NCBI GenBank assembly: GCA_018657065.1
Contig: JABHXU010000017.1
Span: forward strand, 43,067 to 107,066
DNA from: an archaeon
GTDB lineage: Archaea; Nanobdellota; Nanobdellia; Woesearchaeales; GW2011-AR15
Reading direction: 5' to 3'
DNA length: 64,000 bases
Each line of letters begins with the position of its first letter. The first letter of the stretch is position 1. Below are positions 1 to 10,255 of the stretch, in pieces. The notes under the pieces were generated by a model. The model worked only from the letters and a program-made list of their open reading frames with translations, made no database searches and was not told where the DNA came from. A program made the position numbers and the translations under genes.

Positions 1-1482
1 TCTGAGCTTACTGTTAATTGTTTTTTGTAATTATTTATTGTTTTTTCTTTAACTGAAGGAGCATCAGTGAAATAATTTAATTCAACTAGATCATTACTAT
101 TTTCAATTTCAATTGTTATATTTTCATTTATGTTAATAGATTCATCTGTTCTAAATGCATTTAGTTTTTGATTTATTTTTGTTAGTTTATTAAATGTGTT
201 TTTAGCATCTTTTTTATCTACAAGACCTTCTAGTTGAGTTGATTGTCTTTTGAGATTATTATAATCTAATATTTTATTTGTTTTTGCAAGACTTGTTTGT
301 TTTCCATTTATATTTGCATTTGTTAAACTTCTTGAACTAATATTAAATGCTAATTTAGGTAAAATTGTTTTATTTGTTTTTGTTGTATTAATTATTCTTT
401 TCCATTCAACTGGTTTATTTATTTCAACGGTAGAATAGTTTTCTGAAACTACTGCTTCGTTAATTAAAGTTAAATTTAGAGTGTCATTAATAGTAGTGTT
501 TAAAGTTTCATTTAATGTAACATTAATAGAAATATTTTGAGTCAAATTTTCTACAATTATTTCATCAATAAAGTAAGAGTATGAAATTAATGTTAAATTC
601 AAAGTTACATTATTAATTTCAATTTTTATTATTGAATTATTTGGAAGATTTAGATAGCATGATTCTTCACAATAGTTGTTAAATGATTTAATATTTATAG
701 TATAGTTTTGACTTATATTTTCAGATAAATTTGTCGTTATATTTTGAGGTAATATTTCAATAGTTTCATTAATTTTTTCACTAATATTTTCTGAGAGATT
801 TAATGTAATGTTTTGATTAATTGTACTTTCATTAGTGCTTAAATTTAATGTTATATTTTGTGAAATGTTGATGTCAATAAATGAGTCATTTGTTATATTT
901 TGAACAGTAGAAATATTTGAAACAGATTTGTTAATACGTGAATCATTAATTGAAATATTTAGAGTCAAATTAATTTTTGGAGTAACATTTTGAGAAATAT
1001 TAATTTTAATTGTTTCATTGTCAATGATACTATTATTTACTAATTCCATTATTGTATTATTTTCTATAATAGAATCATTTTCTGTTATGTTGTTTTCAAT
1101 AATTTCTTTTACAAGATCTCCACTAATATTTGTTTGATTTATATTAGTAATTGCGAGACCAGTAATTAAATTTGATTTAGATTTAATTATATTATTTGTA
1201 TCAAGGATTAATTTTTCATTAATGAAAATTTTTGCAAAACCAGTTCCTGCTACTTGTCCAGATATTTTTAATGAAGTAATATTACCTAGGAAATCTATAT
1301 CTAAACTTGAATTTTTACTATAACTATTATTTAATTCAATGTTATCAATTGATTCTTCTCTAATTACTTTTCCTATGAATGTTGGTGAAATATTTATTAA
1401 TGTTCCAACAAAAAATAAAGTCAAAATCAAAATTAAAATCTGACTTTCTTTTGATTTATGTTTTTCAAAAGGTGATCTCATC
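1..1482 (-). CDS. Secreted/surface protein, N-terminal part (gene continues beyond window start); signal peptide + extremely N-x-S/T sequon-rich low-complexity N/I/S/T domain
   Basis: Minus-strand ATG near 1480-1482 opens a frame that stays open to position 1. N-terminus MRSPFEKHKSKESQILILILTLFFVGTLINISPTF looks like a signal peptide / TM. Dozens of NIS/NLT/NIT/NET sequons follow. It is not in the ORF track because it is truncated by the window edge. Confidence 0.55.
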
Positions 1483-2029
1483 TTGAATCACCCCTTAATT
1501 TATTTTTAGGGGTACCAAAAATCTCTGATTTTTTCGTACCTTTTTTCTTAAGAGCTCTACTATAATGTGTCCAAATCGTTTTAGAATCTCGTTTTAATAA
1601 ACTAGCTATTTGAATATTTTTTAATCCAATATTTTTTTTAAGATAAAATACAACTAATTCAGCTATAGAAAGATTTTTCGAGAAAAGATTTGTTAATGGA
1701 ATAAAATATTTTGATTCTTTCTCACTAAATTTTTCAATTTTTTTCTGAGTTGATCTTTTATAGGTTAACCAAATAACTTGTCTATCTTTTCCTAGAAATT
1801 TTCCAATTTTTGAAAAGTTCAAACTATGATTTTCATATAAATATTTGACAATTGTTTCAAATGGAGTTAAAGTTTGAGAAAAAATTGACACGGGAATCTG
1901 AATTTCACTTTTCTTAACTAATTTTTTTTCGTAATTATTTATTGCAGATAATATTAAGGAACGTTCTTTTTTAGAATAAACACTAGAAATGTACTTCTTT
2001 AAATCTTGAAGTTTTTCTTTGTTTGTCAT
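1478..2029 (-). CDS. Small DNA-binding protein with two tandem LuxR/sigma-70 region-4-like HTH units
   Basis: Two internal repeats, ...SLNFSKIGKFLGKDRQVIWLTYKRSTQKK... and ...LSIAELVVFYLKKNIGLKNIQIASLLKRDSKTIWTHYSRALKKK..., each match the LuxR_C/sigma70_r4 HTH pattern. Sits directly upstream of, and co-directional with, the surface protein gene. Confidence 0.5.
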   Translation of the reverse strand: MTNKEKLQDLKKYISSVYSKKERSLILSAINNYEKKLVKKSEIQIPVSIFSQTLTPFETIVKYLYENHSLNFSKIGKFLGKDRQVIWLTYKRSTQKKIEKFSEKESKYFIPLTNLFSKNLSIAELVVFYLKKNIGLKNIQIASLLKRDSKTIWTHYSRALKKKGTKKSEIFGTPKNKLRGDSR

Positions 2030-2158
2030 GTTTTGTAAGATTATTTTCTCTTAGTTTACTCTAAATTAATCTACTTATGTAATGTTTTGTAAGAAATATT
2101 ATTTAAATGTTTTTGTTCTTTGAAAAGATTTATTAGATGGAACTATTATCGTGATGTA

Positions 2159-2524
2159 ATGAAGATTGCAATTATAGGTGCTTCCAAGGATAAAGAAAAA
2201 TTTAGTAACAAAGCAGTACGTGCCTATAAAAAGAATCATCATGTTGTTTTTCCAGTGAATCCTAATGAGAGAGAAATTGAAGGGTTGAAATGTTATAATT
2301 CTGTTATGTCTATTCCTCTTGATGTAGAAGTTGCTTCATTTTATTTACCTCCTGCTGTTGGGGAAAAAATTATTGATGAAGTGATAAAAAAAGGAATAAA
2401 AAAAGTTTTTTTAAATCCCGGAACAGAATCTGACGAAATTATTAAAAAATTAAAATCCGCAAAAATTGAAATTGTACAAACATGTTCAATTTTGGATATA
2501 GGAGAAGATCCTGAAAAGCTTTAA
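2159..2524 (+). CDS. CoA-binding domain protein (YccU/PF13380-like)
   Basis: MKIAIIGASKDKEKFSNKAVRAYKKNHHVVFPVNPNEREIEGLKCY...VASFYLPPAVG..KKVFLNPG is the typical succinyl-CoA-synthetase-like CoA-binding fold. The track ORF starts at a TTG at 2120; the ATG at 2159 fits family N-termini better. Confidence 0.65.
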   Translation: MKIAIIGASKDKEKFSNKAVRAYKKNHHVVFPVNPNEREIEGLKCYNSVMSIPLDVEVASFYLPPAVGEKIIDEVIKKGIKKVFLNPGTESDEIIKKLKSAKIEIVQTCSILDIGEDPEKL

Positions 2525-2665
2525 ATATAGTAATATCTTTTCATAGTAATTAGAATGCCGTTATGAACAAAAAGAAAGTTGTTTCTTTATTCAAAAAATA
2601 TTCAAAATTTATTTTATTATCTTTTATAGTACTTATTATGGGTTTTTTTTTTATACAAAAAATTA

Positions 2666-3112
2666 ATGATATTTTCAATTCTTTTAGTATTATCAACTTG
2701 GCTTCACATTTTTTCATATGGATTAAAATTTAGATTAAATTTTGGCCATGTGTTTTTTTTATCAATGTTAATTCTTAGGAATATAGGTGTTGTTGAGGCA
2801 ATTATTTTTATTTTGGTTTCAGAATATTATCCTAGATTTGCAAACACAGATGTGGATTTGAAATCTTTAATTTTAGTTCCAATTGAAATTTTATTAGTTT
2901 TATCTCTTTTAATTATAAAAGTTGAAATAGTTAAAATTGGAATTGTATTAGCAATTATTTATCATATTATTTCTTTTATTGTGGCAAAAACATTAGGAGA
3001 CACCTTAGTAGAAATAATGGAGGAAATTGGAGTTTCTTTTGTTATGAACATTGTATATTTTGTATCATTATCAGGACCAATGATAACATTAGTTAGTATG
3101 GTTGTTAGATAA
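2666..3112 (+). CDS. Hypothetical integral membrane protein
   Basis: Four hydrophobic helices; no recognisable domain. Confidence 0.35.
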   Translation: MIFSILLVLSTWLHIFSYGLKFRLNFGHVFFLSMLILRNIGVVEAIIFILVSEYYPRFANTDVDLKSLILVPIEILLVLSLLIIKVEIVKIGIVLAIIYHIISFIVAKTLGDTLVEIMEEIGVSFVMNIVYFVSLSGPMITLVSMVVR

Positions 3113-3297
3113 TTAGATTTATACAAGTTTTAGTTCCGAAGTTACTTTATCCAAGCCTTTTAGACGCTTCACATAGTTACGCTAAAAGCATAGAAAATCA
3201 AAGATTTTCGGGCTTTGAAAATTTAAATTTTCAAAACATTGGTGGAAAACTGGTGTGACATGCGCTTATTTTATAAGCTTAATCTCACTAAAAAGAA

Positions 3298-3642
3298 TTA
3301 AACTAATTTTAAATCAGAAGTTATTTCATCTATTTTTTCTTCATCATCAGGTCCTATAGCAAAACAGGTTCTTGTTCCTGGAGCAATAACTGTTTTACCT
3401 GCGTCTGTAATTAATGCAGTTGTTAATCCAGAATCTTTAGCAATTTGATTATATTTTAAAAGTGTTTTTTCATCAGGAACTTTAAGTACAATTTTTGCAC
3501 TTCCATTGTTTCGCCATTCTTTAACTAAATCTTTATCACTTCGTAAAACTGCTTCTACACTTGCGTGAGCTGCCTGAGCAGACATTTTTCCTTTAGGAAT
3601 TTTTAGATCTTGACGAATTATTATTGTTTGTTTTAATGACAT
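3298..3642 (-). CDS. pth2: Peptidyl-tRNA hydrolase, archaeal/eukaryotic PTH2 type
   Basis: 114 aa; ...KMSAQAAHASV...KIVLKVPDE...TDAG.T.IAPGT.T..AIGP are PTH2 family hallmarks. Confidence 0.85.
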   Translation of the reverse strand: MSLKQTIIIRQDLKIPKGKMSAQAAHASVEAVLRSDKDLVKEWRNNGSAKIVLKVPDEKTLLKYNQIAKDSGLTTALITDAGKTVIAPGTRTCFAIGPDDEEKIDEITSDLKLV

Positions 3643-3686
3643 ACCTTTGTAAGTAATTTAAGTCTATATAAAATTTATTATGAGAA

Positions 3687-4742
3687 TTAGGTAATCTTTC
3701 TATTTTTAACATAGAAACCCAAATTTGGAATATCGTTTCCAAAACCTCTTAGATTTAAATTAGCTACATTGACATCATAAAGTTGAGAAGCTCCACGAAC
3801 ATCACCATTTGTGTCAAATAGTCCCATCTCACCATAAGTAATATCAAAAAGTTGAATAGGATCAAGATTGTACTCCTCTGCAGTTTCACCTACAGAAACT
3901 TCCATTAAGGTATTTAACGCATTGTTTGAAGTGTTTGCGTTAATAGGTAACTTTACTCTTTCATGTAAATCTTGAATATATTCGTCCTTAACTTTTACAA
4001 TTACGTATCGAGCTCTATTTAAACCCAAATATCCTTCTGTTGATCCTGCACTAATATCATCAGATCTTTGGTTTGGTGTTGCTTTTGTTGGTTCATAATA
4101 ATCATTAATTGTTAAAACTTTGTCTGAAGCTTCACTAACTCTCATTCCAACAACTGTGGGGTTGTCTCCAAGAAGGATAGCATTGACTAATGACTCATAT
4201 ATACTACTAAATATAACTGCTTTAACACCACCACCATAATAGTCTTCTCCAAATTTCATGTTAAGCCATTTATTTTCATCTACTATTTCTAATGCAGTTC
4301 TTAGGTCATTGCTTCTTCTATCAGTCATTGTAAAACCATTGTTCATGAAAATTTTTTTTTCATCGGTAGAAAAAACAAGAGTGCCTTCACGTTTGTCATT
4401 TTCAATATCAACATGAGTAAAAGGATGGGGAAGTGTAGTTGGTTGTTTTGTACCTTCTTGAAGTGCATAAATAGCATAAGGTAAAGTAGATTGGGTATCT
4501 TTTGAAAAAAAAGAGTCTGTGATGTCTCCAATAGTTCTCGTATTAGGTCCAAACTGCCAATAAGTAGTTGAATCTTCTGGAAGAGTATTATCTCTTAAAA
4601 GAAGTGCAGAATTAATTGTTAGGCCCCCATCTTTATGGTTTTTATCTGATTTTGCGTCACTATAATTTAATTTAACATTTTGAGGATTCATTAAACTATT
4701 AAACAGTAAAGTGGCATGGCTTGCAACAATGTATCTTGACAT
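3687..4742 (-). CDS. Hypothetical protein (351 aa), compositionally GC-richer than its neighbours; possible 5' extension up to about 4897
   Basis: Long ORF with no recognisable domain. The frame remains open about 150 nt upstream of the annotated ATG without an in-frame ATG. An out-of-frame ATG at 4895-4897 (MKRFIKRK...) would become in-frame by +1 A in a short A-run. Confidence 0.5.
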   Translation of the reverse strand: MSRYIVASHATLLFNSLMNPQNVKLNYSDAKSDKNHKDGGLTINSALLLRDNTLPEDSTTYWQFGPNTRTIGDITDSFFSKDTQSTLPYAIYALQEGTKQPTTLPHPFTHVDIENDKREGTLVFSTDEKKIFMNNGFTMTDRRSNDLRTALEIVDENKWLNMKFGEDYYGGGVKAVIFSSIYESLVNAILLGDNPTVVGMRVSEASDKVLTINDYYEPTKATPNQRSDDISAGSTEGYLGLNRARYVIVKVKDEYIQDLHERVKLPINANTSNNALNTLMEVSVGETAEEYNLDPIQLFDITYGEMGLFDTNGDVRGASQLYDVNVANLNLRGFGNDIPNLGFYVKNRKIT

Positions 4743-4974
4743 ATCACCGATGTCTACACCATAATCAACAGGTTGTTGAAATAAGGGATTTAATTCTACT
4801 AACTTATCAATTACTTTTACTGGTGGATTAAGTTGTGGACCTTGGACTGGACTTATTTTATGTTTTCTATTCTTTTTCTCTTTATAAATCTTTTCATTTT
4901 TACCACTCTTTAATGGTGAAAATAATTAAATACCAACATTTAAGTATAAAAAACTCCTATATTATAAGGGGAAA

Positions 4975-5547
4975 ATGTCTAGAGTCAAAAGAAAAAAACA
5001 AAGAAAACATTGGAAATATTCCAAAAAATTTAGTCGAGAACCTGCATTAGTTGGATATATTTTTCTAGCTGTTTTACTCGTTTTTACAATGATTTCAAAA
5101 AATCCATTACTTTTATTTTTAATGGTAACATTATTTTGTTCAATTATTAATTATCAAACTAATATTACAACAGTTAGAATTAATCCAGAACCTGAGTTAT
5201 TTTTTAGTTTGCTTTTAACTCGAGTTATTGGATTAAAATATAGTTTAATTATGCTTCTTATTCCTACATTATTTATTGATATCTACACTGCTAGGTTAGA
5301 TAAAGATACCTTTGTATCTTTTATTTTAACAATTATTATTAATCATATTATGTATATTTTTCCAACATTTAATTTTGTAATTTTAGGAGTTACATTAGTT
5401 TCAATAAAATTTATTGCAGGACTAATGATAAATATGGCAATGAATATTTCAATTCAAGAAATTTTTTTTGAACATATTATAGGATTTGTAATTAATTTAT
5501 TGACTTTTCTTGCTTTTGGCAATATCATTTTAAATCTATTCATTTAA
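4975..5547 (+). CDS. Hypothetical polytopic membrane protein
   Basis: Basic N-terminus followed by 5-6 predicted TM helices. Confidence 0.4.
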   Translation: MSRVKRKKQRKHWKYSKKFSREPALVGYIFLAVLLVFTMISKNPLLLFLMVTLFCSIINYQTNITTVRINPEPELFFSLLLTRVIGLKYSLIMLLIPTLFIDIYTARLDKDTFVSFILTIIINHIMYIFPTFNFVILGVTLVSIKFIAGLMINMAMNISIQEIFFEHIIGFVINLLTFLAFGNIILNLFI

Positions 5548-5556
5548 CTAGTTTTT

Positions 5557-6213
5557 ATGAAACTAAAAACAGGGGATGGATCTGAAACATTATATAGTGA
5601 AGAATACAGTGAATATTATCATTCTAAATCTGGTGCTGTTCAAGAATCTGTTGAAAAATACGTTAAACCTTGTAAAATAATTGAATTAGCAAAAAAAGGA
5701 TTTATTTCAATATTAGATATTGGTTTTGGTTTAGGTTATAATGCAATTGCAGCAATTGATATGGCAAAAAAAGCAAATCCAAAAGTAGAAATTGAAATTC
5801 TTAGTTTCGAAAAAGATTTGCAGCTAGAAAAATTAAAGGATCTTAAAAATGGTTTAAAGAATTATGATATTATAAAAAAACTTGAATATGATCCAATAAC
5901 AAAGAGTTATCATTATGAAGATAGTAATATTTTTTTAAGAATAAAAATTGGAGATGCAACTAAATTAATTAAATCAGTTCCAAAAAAATTTGATGCTGTT
6001 TTTCAAGATGCTTTTTCTCCTTCAAAAAATCCAGAATTATGGACAAAAGAATATTTTACAAATATTTCAAAATTAATGAAGAAAAATGCAATTTTAGCTA
6101 CATATTCTTATGCAAGAAAAGTAAGGGAAAATTTAGCATTAGCTGGATTAGAAGTTTATGATGGTCCAATTATTGGGAGAAGAAGTCCATCTACTCTAGC
6201 ACGTAAAATTTAA
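5557..6213 (+). CDS. SAM-dependent methyltransferase, MnmC/MnmD-like (DUF752 family)
   Basis: ILDIGFGLGYNA (motif I) and DAVFQDAFSPSKNPELWT match the FLDGFAPAKNPxMW signature of the tRNA mnm5U methyltransferase domain. Confidence 0.6.
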   Translation: MKLKTGDGSETLYSEEYSEYYHSKSGAVQESVEKYVKPCKIIELAKKGFISILDIGFGLGYNAIAAIDMAKKANPKVEIEILSFEKDLQLEKLKDLKNGLKNYDIIKKLEYDPITKSYHYEDSNIFLRIKIGDATKLIKSVPKKFDAVFQDAFSPSKNPELWTKEYFTNISKLMKKNAILATYSYARKVRENLALAGLEVYDGPIIGRRSPSTLARKI

Positions 6214-6234
6214 AAGATCCAATTACTCTAATTA

Positions 6235-7308
6235 TTGATAATGGTAAAAAAAGGGTTGAATTATAATAATTTAATTTCTCAGCATTTAAAGATTTTAAAA
6301 GGTCTTCAGTATGAATCTGGTTTGTTTGCCGCGTCAGATAAAAGTGTAGGAACTGGGTATGATAAATCTTGGCTTAGAGATAATTTTTATGAATGTTTAG
6401 CTTTTGAAGTGATTAATGACTGGGATACAGTTGAAAAAACATACAGTGCGCTCTTAGAGATTTTTTTAAAACATGAAAAAAATATTGATAAAGCTATTGA
6501 AGTTAAACCTCAGCATAGACATCAATATATTCACGCACGGTTTCATCCAGAAACATTTGATGAATTTTGGGAAGAATGGGGAAACAAACAAAATGATAGT
6601 GTTGGAGCGATTTTATTTAGAATTGGAGAACTTGAACATCATCATAAAAGATCAATATTAAAAGAACCTAAATACTATCGAATTGTCAATAAACTTGTTA
6701 AATATTTAAGGAGTATAGAATACTGGCATGATGAAGATTCTGGTATGTGGGAAGAAAATGAAGAAATACATGCTTCATCAGTAGGTGCTTGCGTTGCTGG
6801 TCTTAAAGCTGTTAAAAAAATACCAGGCATTGAAGTTCCAAATGATTTAATTGAAAAAGGAAAAGAATCATTAATGAAATTATTACCTAGAGAATCAGAA
6901 AAAAAATTTGTTGATTTAGCTCTTCTTTCTTTGATTTATCCATATAATATTATTACTTCAACACAAAGAGAAGAAATTTTGAAAAATGTTGAATATTTAT
7001 TGCTTCGAAAAAAAGGAGTAATTAGATATAAGAATGATTATTATTATAATAAAAATCCTGATGGATATAGCGAGGAAGCTGAGTGGTGTTTTGGACTTAG
7101 TTGGTTAGCAATAATTTATCTTAAACTAGGAAGAATCAAAAAAGCAGAATTCTTTATTAAACAAATGCTTTCAATTGACACAAAAAAAGGAGTTCCAGAA
7201 TTATACTTTTCTAATACAAATAAACCCAATGAAAATACTCCGCTAGGCTGGGCAGAATCATTATTTATTGTTGCGCTGCATGAATTAAATGAAAAACACT
7301 TAGTTTAA
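6235..7308 (+). CDS. Glycoside hydrolase family 15-like (glucoamylase/glucodextranase six-hairpin) protein
   Basis: GYDKSWLRDNFY, DSVGAILFRIGE, EDSGMWEE, SSVGACVAGL, PLGWAESLFIVAL correspond to conserved GH15 (alpha/alpha)6 catalytic-domain blocks. Confidence 0.7.
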   Translation: MIMVKKGLNYNNLISQHLKILKGLQYESGLFAASDKSVGTGYDKSWLRDNFYECLAFEVINDWDTVEKTYSALLEIFLKHEKNIDKAIEVKPQHRHQYIHARFHPETFDEFWEEWGNKQNDSVGAILFRIGELEHHHKRSILKEPKYYRIVNKLVKYLRSIEYWHDEDSGMWEENEEIHASSVGACVAGLKAVKKIPGIEVPNDLIEKGKESLMKLLPRESEKKFVDLALLSLIYPYNIITSTQREEILKNVEYLLLRKKGVIRYKNDYYYNKNPDGYSEEAEWCFGLSWLAIIYLKLGRIKKAEFFIKQMLSIDTKKGVPELYFSNTNKPNENTPLGWAESLFIVALHELNEKHLV

Positions 7309-9063
7309 ATTTACTTTATTTATTTTGACAAAGATTTCTACATAAATTATATCAGAGTATAGAGGATTTTGTGTTATAATTTTTTCAGAATATGTTTTTC
7401 TAAAATAGGATCTAAAGGTTTCATAGTTGTTTACTTTGATGTATTCATAGATTTTAGTATAATAATTTGAATATTTAGAATCACTATACACAGGAATAGA
7501 ACTTGATATTAAAATAATATCATGTGATAATAAAAAATCAAGAATTAATTTATCATTAGTTAGATTGATGAAAGGATTATATTGATAAAGAAGAATTGAA
7601 AATTTGTTATTATTTTTTTGTAGATAATATCCAAGTACATCGTCTTCATAAGGTATTCCACCTAAAGAAAGAATGGAGTTACAATTAAAACAATTGTTTT
7701 GAATGTTTACAATTATTTTATTTAGATTATTTGAGTTGCTTAGATAGAATCTAGGAGTACCTCTAGAGTCAATTTGAGTTAATAAGTTGTTTGAGATTAA
7801 AATATTGTTTATTTTTTCTTGAAATGTATTTGTTGTAGTTGTATGTGGGATAGAATAAAAGATAATAAAAAAAAACAAAATAAACAAAATGAATCTTCTA
7901 ACACTTTTTTTAGTTTGATTAAGAAATACTGAAAAAATTATTGAGATAGGTAGAATTAATCCAAATATAACATAATAGTTTTTTGTTGGAAAAATTGAAA
8001 AAATTATCAGTGGGACAAAAATTAGAATTATCCAAAAATTAGAAAATAACTTTTTTGTTTTATGAAGTTTAGTTAGATACCAAAGTATACTTACGAAAAC
8101 AAAAATAGATAATATTAGATTCATTTGACCAAAAATTAGTGATTGTAGTTGGGTCAAATAACTCCAATTGAAATCAGGAGCTAGATATATTTTTAATATG
8201 CTTAATGTTCTTCGTATATACCACATTAGAGATATTGAAATAAAAATAAATCCACTTAAAAAAAAATTGTGGAAATTGTTTTTATGTTTTTTATTTAAGT
8301 AGGTAAAAAGTACAATTAATGCAATGATTAAAAAATACAAAAAAATAGAATTTGAAAAGAAAGATAATGTGTGAAATAATGTAAAGAACAGGAGCAAAAT
8401 AAAATTTTTTTGAATTAGTTGTTTAATGTTTTTAAATGTTAAATTTTTGTAATTTAAAAATATAGCAAAAATTACATGCGATAAAACATAAGGTGCTGCA
8501 GTAGGTTTGGTTAATAAAAATAAACCTAGAGAAATACCATAAAGAATTGAGAACTTTTTGTTGTGAAACTTTTCAGATTTTATCAAAAAGAATATACTTA
8601 AAGCATTAAAAAATAATAGTAATATTTGAGGATAATAAAACCTTGTAAAAAAAGTAAAAGAAGGAAAACTCAATAGAATTAATAGTGTATAAGTTGCCAC
8701 ATTTTTGTTATAAATTTTTGAAACACTAAAATAAACTAAAATAAGAGTTGTTAATGCAAGCTGTAAATTAAAAAAATAAAACACACTTTCATGCTGAAAA
8801 AATAGCATTAAAAAAAACGAGATAGTTTCAAACATAAAACTCTTATCAAATGTATCAATTGAAAATCTAATGTCTGTTTTTTCTTCATATAGTAATTGAA
8901 CAGCATTTGTTAAACCATAAGTTTCTTCATTAGTAAGTACTTCTTTGTTTGAAATAATCCAATAAACATTAGAAATAATAAACAACATTATAAGTAGAGC
9001 TAGGAAGATAAAAATACTTTTTGGATATTTTCTTGAAATTCTTTGAGTTTTTTTTTGATTCAT
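7300..9063 (-). CDS. Polytopic membrane protein, putative glycosyltransferase (PMT/ArnT-like topology)
   Basis: 587 aa; about 11 TM helices in the N-terminal two-thirds and a soluble C-terminal domain. Topology only; no catalytic motif verified. Confidence 0.4.
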   Translation of the reverse strand: MNQKKTQRISRKYPKSIFIFLALLIMLFIISNVYWIISNKEVLTNEETYGLTNAVQLLYEEKTDIRFSIDTFDKSFMFETISFFLMLFFQHESVFYFFNLQLALTTLILVYFSVSKIYNKNVATYTLLILLSFPSFTFFTRFYYPQILLLFFNALSIFFLIKSEKFHNKKFSILYGISLGLFLLTKPTAAPYVLSHVIFAIFLNYKNLTFKNIKQLIQKNFILLLFFTLFHTLSFFSNSIFLYFLIIALIVLFTYLNKKHKNNFHNFFLSGFIFISISLMWYIRRTLSILKIYLAPDFNWSYLTQLQSLIFGQMNLILSIFVFVSILWYLTKLHKTKKLFSNFWIILIFVPLIIFSIFPTKNYYVIFGLILPISIIFSVFLNQTKKSVRRFILFILFFFIIFYSIPHTTTTNTFQEKINNILISNNLLTQIDSRGTPRFYLSNSNNLNKIIVNIQNNCFNCNSILSLGGIPYEDDVLGYYLQKNNNKFSILLYQYNPFINLTNDKLILDFLLSHDIILISSSIPVYSDSKYSNYYTKIYEYIKVNNYETFRSYFRKTYSEKIITQNPLYSDIIYVEIFVKINKVNLN

Positions 9064-9126
9064 GGTATATATTATTTTTAATTAACAATAAACACCAAAT
9101 CTTTTTAATTTTTACTTAATGAAACT

Positions 9127-9136
9127 TTTATAAATT
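9127..9136 (+). promoter_or_regulatory. Putative archaeal TATA box for the downstream tRNA
   Basis: TTTTATAAAT centred about 27 nt upstream of the tRNA 5' end. Confidence 0.35.
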
Positions 9137-9158
9137 TAGTATTTATCTTTTTATTTAA

Positions 9159-9307
9159 GCCCCTGTAGTGTAATGGATAGCACGTAAGATTGCGGCAAGT
9201 GGTGCGTCGATTGATACCGCACCGTGTACTATCGAACAGGTTCGACAGTACTAACTTTCAAAATTTGCAAAAATCTTGAAATCGGAGTTCAATTCTTCGC
9301 TGGGGCG
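9159..9307 (+). tRNA. Intron-containing tRNA, tentatively tRNA-Arg(GCG), with about 77-nt intron in the anticodon loop
   Basis: Hand-folded. Acceptor GCCCCTG/CTGGGGC has one T-T mismatch. D arm GTGT/AATGGATA/GCAC. Anticodon stem TAAGA...TCTTG is split by 9196-9272. T arm CGGAG-TTCAATT-CTTCG; discriminator G. The intervening segment forms two strong hairpins (GGTGCG/CGCACC and GTACTATCGAAC/GTTCGACAGTAC). Confidence 0.6.
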
Positions 9308-9601
9308 TATTATTTTCAAGTAAAAAGAAAGTAATAAATCCTTATCCGTACATTTATAAAGGCATAAATCATTATAGAGGATAGGTGAGAACTTATGGCA
9401 GTAAAATATTTTATGAAAATACCTAAACCAGTAGAAGAAACAGATAAAAAACTTGATAAATCAGAAAGTAAAGTTATCTTAGATAATTAATTTTCTTTTG
9501 AAGGTAATTTTTTTGTTAGAATCTTTAATTCTTTGAAGTAGTGTTTCTTAATTTTTCACTATAGCTAATCTTTTATAAGGCATGAAGTTAACCTTATATG
9601 T

Positions 9602-10255
9602 ATGTCTCTTGAAAAAAGTAAGCCAGCACCAACTTTAAGAAAAATATGGAATAAATATAATTTATTAGAAGATGAAATTACTTGGGTAAAAGAAGAAACA
9701 AAATTTTTTGATAAAATTCTTCCAGTATTATCTAACAAATACTTTTTAAAATTTTTATTATTAATTTTTATTTTAATAATTTTAATAAGATTTTTTGCTG
9801 TTTTTATTACAATTGTTTTTTCTTTAATTACAAGTTATATTAAATTTAAAAGAACAAAATTTGGCTTTCCTATTGAAATAGAACCTACATATCTTTTTTC
9901 AATTGTTTTAATGCTTGCATTTGGAGTTCAATATGGACTTTTTTATATTTTAATTCCAGTAACTGTTCCTTTTTTAATGGCTGGACCTACAGCAGGAACT
10001 TTTGTTAATATTTGGAATAAGTTAGTTGTTTTTTTTGGAGTATATTTTTTCCAGTATTTTTTTCCAAGTAGTAAGTTCTTAGTTTTAGTTGCTGTTGTTT
10101 TAGTTTTAATTACTGATATTACAGGATATTTTTTAAGAAAAAAATTTGGACAACCTTTACCTGAAATTTTAATAGCTGTTTTTTCAAATATGTTTTTAAG
10201 ATATGTTTATTTTTCTTTTTTACTTGATATTGTTGTTAAACTAATTTATCGATAG
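9602..10255 (+). CDS. Hypothetical polytopic membrane protein
   Basis: Six or so hydrophobic helices; no known domain. Confidence 0.4.
   Translation: MSLEKSKPAPTLRKIWNKYNLLEDEITWVKEETKFFDKILPVLSNKYFLKFLLLIFILIILIRFFAVFITIVFSLITSYIKFKRTKFGFPIEIEPTYLFSIVLMLAFGVQYGLFYILIPVTVPFLMAGPTAGTFVNIWNKLVVFFGVYFFQYFFPSSKFLVLVAVVLVLITDITGYFLRKKFGQPLPEILIAVFSNMFLRYVYFSFLLDIVVKLIYR

Noticed and set aside
3113-3297. Intergenic region with palindromes (TTTGAAAAT-TTAA-ATTTTCAAA and CTTTTAG...CTAAAAG), considered as an ncRNA
   Set aside because: It lies between two convergent genes. Simple palindromes are most economically bidirectional terminators, and no known RNA-family features were recognised.
4343-4552. 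Short ORFs embedded in or antisense to larger genes (4343-4552, 4835-5050, 6473-6661, 11329-11559, 13179-13385, 13711-13899, 17240-17422, 22507-22749, 23117-23323, 28683-28871, 36610-36882, 41008-41256, 42591-42800, 42889-43080, 46153-46347, 47800-48066, 48626-48850, 51449-51835, 52352-52543, 54425-54767, 55759-55992, 56805-57005, 57913-58095, 58353-58604, 59446-59703, 60293-60526, 61369-61776, 62741-62962)
   Set aside because: Each is wholly inside or antisense to a longer ORF with domain support or clear coding character. They are low-complexity translations typical of AT-rich shadow frames.
3687-4742. Possibility that the 351-aa GC-richer protein is a viral capsid/encapsulin-type protein marking a provirus
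   Set aside because: No recognisable capsid motifs and no neighbouring phage-like genes (terminase, portal, integrase). Left as hypothetical.
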